Assembly (NCBI GenBank): GCA_964647565.1
Contig: CAZYIM010000008.1
Location: 3,072 to 67,071, forward strand
Reading direction: 5' to 3'
Origin: an uncultured Methanosarcinales archaeon
GTDB taxonomy: Archaea > Nanobdellota > Nanobdellia > Woesearchaeales > CAZYIM01
Length of the DNA stretch: 64,000 nucleotides
Each line of letters begins with the position of its first letter. Positions within the stretch are counted from its first letter, which is position 1. The notes below the pieces were generated by a model, which did not search any database, had not been told where the DNA came from, and saw only the letters and a program-made list of their open reading frames with translations. The position numbers were made by a program, and so were the translations under genes. Shown one piece after another: positions 58,559 through 64,000 of the stretch.

Positions 58559-58696
58559 AAATAATAAGCATTCATACATGGCACAGACGGCCAAATAAAG
58601 ATTTGTCCTACTCGGCTAAAGCCTCGCCTGGCCATGGTTCGCAAGCTTCTTTGCGAACCCGAGAACAAACGAAGTGACCATGAATGCTTATTATTT
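58559..58696 (-). ncRNA. Three-way-junction motif, copy 2, inside a 17-bp perfect inverted repeat
   Basis: Core 58577-58636; extra hairpin GGTTCGCAA/TTGCGAACC; outer AAATAATAAGCATTCAT/ATGAATGCTTATTATTT. Confidence 0.55.
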
Positions 58697-58704
58697 TAGA
58701 AGTA

Positions 58705-60372
58705 CTATGCTAATTTCTTAACCATGTAGAATCCTTGTTTCTTATAACCGAACTTTCTGTAATACTCCCTGACACCGACACCCGAAATGACAACCATCTT
58801 GCTTTTTTTCTTTTTCTTGGCTATCTCTTCTGCTTTCTTGAGTAATTGTCTGCCAAAGCCTTTATGTTGGATCGCACCTTTTTTTCCAATCGCAGTTGCA
58901 GCACCATAAACATGCAGTTCTCTGATGATAGCCTCTTTATTATCCTGGCTGGGAAATCTCATCCTGCAAAAACCAAGCAACCTGTCTTTATTAGTTAGAG
59001 ATATAAAGTACTCTCTGCCTTTTGAAGCCTGGTAATCAAGGATTTCAAGCTTTATGCTGCCTTTGATGGCTTCGTGCTTTATCTCTCTGCATCTGATGCA
59101 ATTGCATATCAGCTTTTTCTGTTTCATCAATGCAGAGATCATCTGTCGAAGATTGGTCCTGTCAACACCAGCAGACCTAACATAAGTTGGGATATCTCTT
59201 TGCACTCTCATGATCCTGCAATACTTGGGTACGACTTTTTTTAGTTCTATGATGATATCCATTGCCTGCTGTGTGCTCAGCGGCTTAAACTTGCCTTGTT
59301 TGTATAACTTGTAGAGTTTAGTACCTTGCATGATCATGCATGCATATATCTTTAGCATGTCTGGCCTGAAGTGGGGATTGAAGAAGAACTCCTTTAGACC
59401 GTCTATATCCTGTTTTTTTGAAATGTCTGGAAGACCAGGCATCACATGATAGTTGATCTTAAGACCCATATCCTTAAGGATTCTTGTGGCATTGATAGAG
59501 TCTGTGACTGTATGTCCCCTTTCAATATTTAATAATGCTTTGTCATAGACACTCTGTACTCCAAGTTCTACTCGTGTACATCCATATCTCAGCATCTCCA
59601 ACGCATGTTTTTTATTTGCATAATCGGGTCTGGTCTCGATGGTCAGGCCAACACACCTGATATTGGATTTCTCGTTCAGCTGCTGTTCTTTTTCAATGGT
59701 TGTGTTCTTTTTCTTTAGCTGTCTTAGCTGCTGCTTTATCATTGAAACTCTCTTTTTATCACCGACTTTGCCTGGCAGGCCAAAGAACTTTCTAAACTTT
59801 TCAATATCAAGTTCATTTTTCCTATAAAAAAGCCTGGAAAAGTCATTCATGGCCTGATAGCAGAGCCTTATGAACGTATCTCTATATTGTTTTGGAAAGC
59901 TTATGAAGGTGCCTCCCATTATGATCAGCTCAACTTTTTCCGGATTCTGGCCTAAAACAACATACTGCTCGAGCCTGTTCATGATCTGCAAATATGGATC
60001 GTATTCATTCCGAATAGCCCTCATGGTGGCTGGTTCTTTTCCTGTGTATGATTGGGGTATTTTTCCGAAAAAAGACTTAGGGCCGCCCGGACACATGATG
60101 CACTTGCCGTGAGGACATTTGTATGGCTTGCTCATTATGGCAACTACTGCGACCCCGCTCATAGTCCTTCCTGGCTTGGTATATAGATATTTTCTAAGGA
60201 AATTTAAGTCCTCTTTCTTGCAATGCATCAATACCTGGATGTCAGTAGGGATGTTCTTTACTTTCAGCTCTTTGCAGAGATCTATCTTCTTTTTAGAGAT
60301 CTGCCTCTTGGATGGCTTGTTTAGCTTGATATAAGAGATAAGTTCTATATAGTAGTCATCTTCTTTGGACAT
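58705..60372 (-). CDS. elp3: Elp3 tRNA U34 carboxymethyltransferase (radical SAM plus GNAT)
   Basis: RTMSGVA, CPHGKCIMCPGG, ETRPD, RVQRDIP, RELHVYG, QHKGFG. Confidence 0.97.
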   Translation of the reverse strand: MSKEDDYYIELISYIKLNKPSKRQISKKKIDLCKELKVKNIPTDIQVLMHCKKEDLNFLRKYLYTKPGRTMSGVAVVAIMSKPYKCPHGKCIMCPGGPKSFFGKIPQSYTGKEPATMRAIRNEYDPYLQIMNRLEQYVVLGQNPEKVELIIMGGTFISFPKQYRDTFIRLCYQAMNDFSRLFYRKNELDIEKFRKFFGLPGKVGDKKRVSMIKQQLRQLKKKNTTIEKEQQLNEKSNIRCVGLTIETRPDYANKKHALEMLRYGCTRVELGVQSVYDKALLNIERGHTVTDSINATRILKDMGLKINYHVMPGLPDISKKQDIDGLKEFFFNPHFRPDMLKIYACMIMQGTKLYKLYKQGKFKPLSTQQAMDIIIELKKVVPKYCRIMRVQRDIPTYVRSAGVDRTNLRQMISALMKQKKLICNCIRCREIKHEAIKGSIKLEILDYQASKGREYFISLTNKDRLLGFCRMRFPSQDNKEAIIRELHVYGAATAIGKKGAIQHKGFGRQLLKKAEEIAKKKKKSKMVVISGVGVREYYRKFGYKKQGFYMVKKLA

Positions 60373-60429
60373 AACAATCAAGGTTCAGAAATGATTTAAA
60401 AGTTTTATTAAAACACTTTGTATGTTTTT

Positions 60430-62178
60430 TTAGATCCAGGCTTTTCTTTTTGGTTTTTTATCAGATAAGATATCTCTGGCAAACTGTATCTTCTTCTCAT
60501 GCGACCAATATTTCTTGACATGGAATGTTGTTCCTTTATATATGATGAACTCACTATCGCTGTCAATGCCTCTCATTTGTCGTTCTGTCTCGGGATCTAA
60601 TGAGCCGCTGGAACTACTGAACCTCTTATTATTGATATTGTCGTAGCATCCTGGCTTGTCCCCGTTGATCTTTACTTTTCTATATGTGTCTAATGCGAGT
60701 GGTGGTGTTGTATCGTATGGATATGGTGTTATCGGGGCATAAGTTTGCGGCACATCCCATTTGTCAAGCTTGTTCTTATCCTGGACATACCGAAACACTT
60801 TCATATGCTTATTTTTATTTCCAGGGTCATAAATGGTCAACTCCAATGCGGGCGCATCGAGATTGATTATCATCTCAGCAAACATTTGCTCATCAAACAA
60901 CTGGGAGCTGGACTCTTTGAAGACAATCTCATCGAGTTTTTCCGAGTCAGTTCGAGGGCTGCCGATGATATTTAATACATAATCTTTCTTTAAGGTATGG
61001 AAGATCATTGATGTTCCGTTTAATGTCTCTTCTGAAAAATGCATTCTGAAACAATATTGCTTCTTGTCTATGATCTTCTTATGCAGATCAAAATATAGTC
61101 TCGGATTTTTACCTATGATCTTGGCATAGCTTTCAAGTGTGGATTTTCTCTCTGATACAGAAATCCTTGTAGCGATCCTTTTGAAGAACTGAAAAATATC
61201 TGTCCTGAAGAAAGTTGACATGTCTGTTAGCTTTTCTGAATCTGTGAATTCAATAAACTCGTATTCCCCGTCCCGAGGTTTTCTTTCTTTCGGGAAAATC
61301 TCTAAGATATTATTCCACAATTCTTTAACAACTGCGTACAGTTCTGGGTTGTTCTCTATTGGTTTTAATTTTACATATTCCTGGTGGTCTGGCCAGAGAT
61401 AGTCTGCTTTGTCAATTCTGTTATGTAGTGTCCTGTCAACATCATTTAGATGCCTGAACTCAAGGCCCATTTGGGTCTTGCCTTTTTTTTGTGATTCCAG
61501 AACCTTGTGAATCACAAGATCTGAAATATTTTTCTTCAAGAGTGCATTATCAATTTCAAGAAAGTCTGTAAGCTCATTCAAAGAGAAGCCATCCGGATCA
61601 AGATAGTTTAAACACCAATGGAACTCTTGTTCTATATTGTCTTTGATCAAGTCTGTAGTTGAATAGATGATCGGCCATACTTGATTCTTGTGTGCAAGAA
61701 AATAAGTAATCGCATCTTCTTCCTCTATCTCCTCAACAACGAAACATCTTTTATTGAATACAATCTTAAAGGCAGGTGTTAGGTCTGTCAGTTTATCAAC
61801 ACCAAACTCTTTGTTGAGCTCAGCAATCTTTTTCTGTAAATAGCTGTAGTCCCTATTTAACTTGTAAGGATGTTTTTTCAGATCCTCAAGTTGAGACAGG
61901 CATTTGCTTACTTCTGGGTAGATATTCCTGTTTTCAAAAGCAAGGGTATAGACTTTTTTATCCTTGTTCCAGCCTATCTTGGTCAGATCGTAATTTAACT
62001 CAGGAACCTTATCAAGAAACTTATTGAGCAAATCAAAGTTGGCGTGGACCAGTTCGTTCTGGATATCGCCAAATCTAGCTGGTTTGCCATCGAAATCTGC
62101 CACCAGTTTCTGTCCTTCTCTTTTAATAGAAATGTTAGCAGATCCATAATCATTTAAAAAAACAGTCTCCATTTTCAA
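60430..62178 (-). CDS. Hypothetical protein, paralog of the neighbouring gene
   Basis: Shares LNRDYS.LQ, DL.P, YFL, YV.N, LF...M and VFRY blocks with 62228-64000. Confidence 0.75.
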   Translation of the reverse strand: MKMETVFLNDYGSANISIKREGQKLVADFDGKPARFGDIQNELVHANFDLLNKFLDKVPELNYDLTKIGWNKDKKVYTLAFENRNIYPEVSKCLSQLEDLKKHPYKLNRDYSYLQKKIAELNKEFGVDKLTDLTPAFKIVFNKRCFVVEEIEEEDAITYFLAHKNQVWPIIYSTTDLIKDNIEQEFHWCLNYLDPDGFSLNELTDFLEIDNALLKKNISDLVIHKVLESQKKGKTQMGLEFRHLNDVDRTLHNRIDKADYLWPDHQEYVKLKPIENNPELYAVVKELWNNILEIFPKERKPRDGEYEFIEFTDSEKLTDMSTFFRTDIFQFFKRIATRISVSERKSTLESYAKIIGKNPRLYFDLHKKIIDKKQYCFRMHFSEETLNGTSMIFHTLKKDYVLNIIGSPRTDSEKLDEIVFKESSSQLFDEQMFAEMIINLDAPALELTIYDPGNKNKHMKVFRYVQDKNKLDKWDVPQTYAPITPYPYDTTPPLALDTYRKVKINGDKPGCYDNINNKRFSSSSGSLDPETERQMRGIDSDSEFIIYKGTTFHVKKYWSHEKKIQFARDILSDKKPKRKAWI

Positions 62179-62227
62179 AGGGTAGTGGAATATAATTTAT
62201 ATTCTTATGGATTTGATTGAGAAAAAA

Positions 62228-64000
62228 TTACTTGCCAGGTTCCTTTGCATACCTGTAAACAATAGGCTTCTTTTTTGGAACATAGCAGGTCATCTCAATC
62301 TTGTCAGCCCCAGAATTTGCCACTAGCTCAGTGAACTTTTGGTCATCGGTCAATTCCCTGGAAACCATCATGTTCTGATTGAAAAGACAGTTTGGTTTAT
62401 CGCCAAATATATGTTCAGGATGATCTAGCTTGTCTGTGCTCATGAAATTAATTACATAGTTCTTTTCAGGTGTGTTCATCAACACAGAGACCATGAAATA
62501 CTTATTGTCTTCGCTGGTTGTTTTATCAAGGAAAAAGTAATCTTTCTTGTTTATTTCGTGGAAGGTGCCATGGAACTCAGAGACCTTGCCTCTTAGCTCA
62601 AGCACTTGCTCAAGCAGTTTTTGCTGAACCTCTTTTTGGCTTTCATCTTTGGCATCAACATATAGTTGTCCGATCTCATCTTCTTGTTTTGGTGTGTATC
62701 TCTGGCCGCTTTTATCAACTCTGTACTCAAAATCTACTACATAAACATAACCAACAATGTCTCCTTTCATACCTTCTTTTAATTGATCGCCTTTTTCTCC
62801 AGGATATTCGAAATCAGCAACAGAACCTTTCAGCTCGATCTTATCATTGATCTTAAACTCTTGAGCATCGTACCATTCAGGCAAGTCCTTGGCTGCTTCA
62901 GTGACTTTCATCTCTGATGAATCGAGACAGACTTCCTGGCCTTCTCCGAGTCGAACATAAAACTTACCCTTGTCGAGTTTAAGAACAGGTCCATAACTTC
63001 CCACCCAAAGATGCTCTTTGAACTCATCAGTATTAATCTTGTCATTGGCAGTCACAACAACTCCTGGCAGTATTCCATACAAAGGGGGGTTGCTATTGAA
63101 TTTTTCGAATATTGCTTCTATTTGATCATAGACTTTTTGGAAGCCAAGTTTGAAGTTAATTGCTTTAACATTGATTGGCAGGTGCCATTCCTTGAAAGCC
63201 TTTTTTAGGGCTCCTTCAAGTGATTGTACGTTCTTATCCATGATTTTCTTGTATTTTAGATTGTCTTTTTCAGATTCCCTGGGATGTTGTTTGATAACGC
63301 TATGATATCCGTCTTTTTTGAAGAAAGGATAATTAAAGTCTTTTGCAAGGGCTGTTTTGTTTAATGAATTGCCAAAGGCAATTGCATTTCTATTCCCGCC
63401 AGTTGTTTTACCTTTACCCAATGCTTGAATCTCAGAGTAGAGTTCTGCAACAACCTGGGTGACATCTTGGTCCTCTGCTGCTTTTGGCACTACGAACTGC
63501 AGCAGGTTGTAGTTGAAACCAGGCTGATAGAAATTCTTGTCGTGATAAAGGTTCACAAGATTATCAAAATAGCTTCCTATGTGCTCTACGCCGACAGTCT
63601 TGGCATTCTCTACAGACGAACTGACCAGTTTTAACATCTGTTCTTTTATAGAATCAGTGTCAACCTCCAGATATTCCTTAATCCTGTTAAGCACTCTGGA
63701 TTCATTTGCGTCGATTGTGATTATGTTCTCTGCCTTTGACCAAATACCCTTGCTATTGGTTGAGAAAAACATGGGTGTTTTAAGCTCATCTGAATATAGG
63801 AAATAGTTTTTTTCGTTATTATTTTCGAGTATGAATGCTTTCTTTGTGATCTGAGTTTGTGTTATAGGCAATAGATCTTGGACTGAATCGATACCGTAAG
63901 TTGTGATTAGATTCAATATATTCTGTTGGAGACTGCTATAATCTTTGTTTAAATTTTCAGGGTTCTCAGACAGCTCATTAATGGCTGCATTGAACTCTAG
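62228..64000 (-). CDS. Hypothetical protein, 5' end outside the window
   Basis: Frame is open past 63916 to the window edge (LEFNAAINELSENPENLNKDYSSLQQNI). Confidence 0.75.
   Translation of the reverse strand, partial: LEFNAAINELSENPENLNKDYSSLQQNILNLITTYGIDSVQDLLPITQTQITKKAFILENNNEKNYFLYSDELKTPMFFSTNSKGIWSKAENIITIDANESRVLNRIKEYLEVDTDSIKEQMLKLVSSSVENAKTVGVEHIGSYFDNLVNLYHDKNFYQPGFNYNLLQFVVPKAAEDQDVTQVVAELYSEIQALGKGKTTGGNRNAIAFGNSLNKTALAKDFNYPFFKKDGYHSVIKQHPRESEKDNLKYKKIMDKNVQSLEGALKKAFKEWHLPINVKAINFKLGFQKVYDQIEAIFEKFNSNPPLYGILPGVVVTANDKINTDEFKEHLWVGSYGPVLKLDKGKFYVRLGEGQEVCLDSSEMKVTEAAKDLPEWYDAQEFKINDKIELKGSVADFEYPGEKGDQLKEGMKGDIVGYVYVVDFEYRVDKSGQRYTPKQEDEIGQLYVDAKDESQKEVQQKLLEQVLELRGKVSEFHGTFHEINKKDYFFLDKTTSEDNKYFMVSVLMNTPEKNYVINFMSTDKLDHPEHIFGDKPNCLFNQNMMVSRELTDDQKFTELVANSGADKIEMTCYVPKKKPIVYRYAKEPGK

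Overview
Archaeal chromosomal segment, most likely DPANN (Woesearchaeota-like). Evidence: archaeal ribosomal proteins (eS19, eL39, eL31, uL11, L7Ae, eS28, eL24, uS10), EF-2 with the HEDAIHRG diphthamide loop, EF-1alpha, Elp3, an intron-containing tRNA-His and BRE/TATA promoters. Housekeeping genes are interleaved with accessory genes, several of bacterial-envelope type (M23 peptidase, L,D-transpeptidase, Lgt, a T9SS-CTD-like protein, a mini-RHS toxin). The most interesting signals are non-coding. (1) A homing-endonuclease-like gene appears to have inserted into apt and supplied a new, overlapping apt 3' end, leaving the old end stranded 1.1 kb away. Similar gene-end duplications with short inserts flank tRNA-His, rps10 and the RsmB-family gene. 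(2) A three-way-junction motif occurs three times, shows covariation, and one copy is circularly permuted. (3) There are two MITE families with target-site duplications. (4) A palindromic site lies 11-14 nt upstream of nine TATA boxes. All calls come from reading the sequence by eye; no searches were run.
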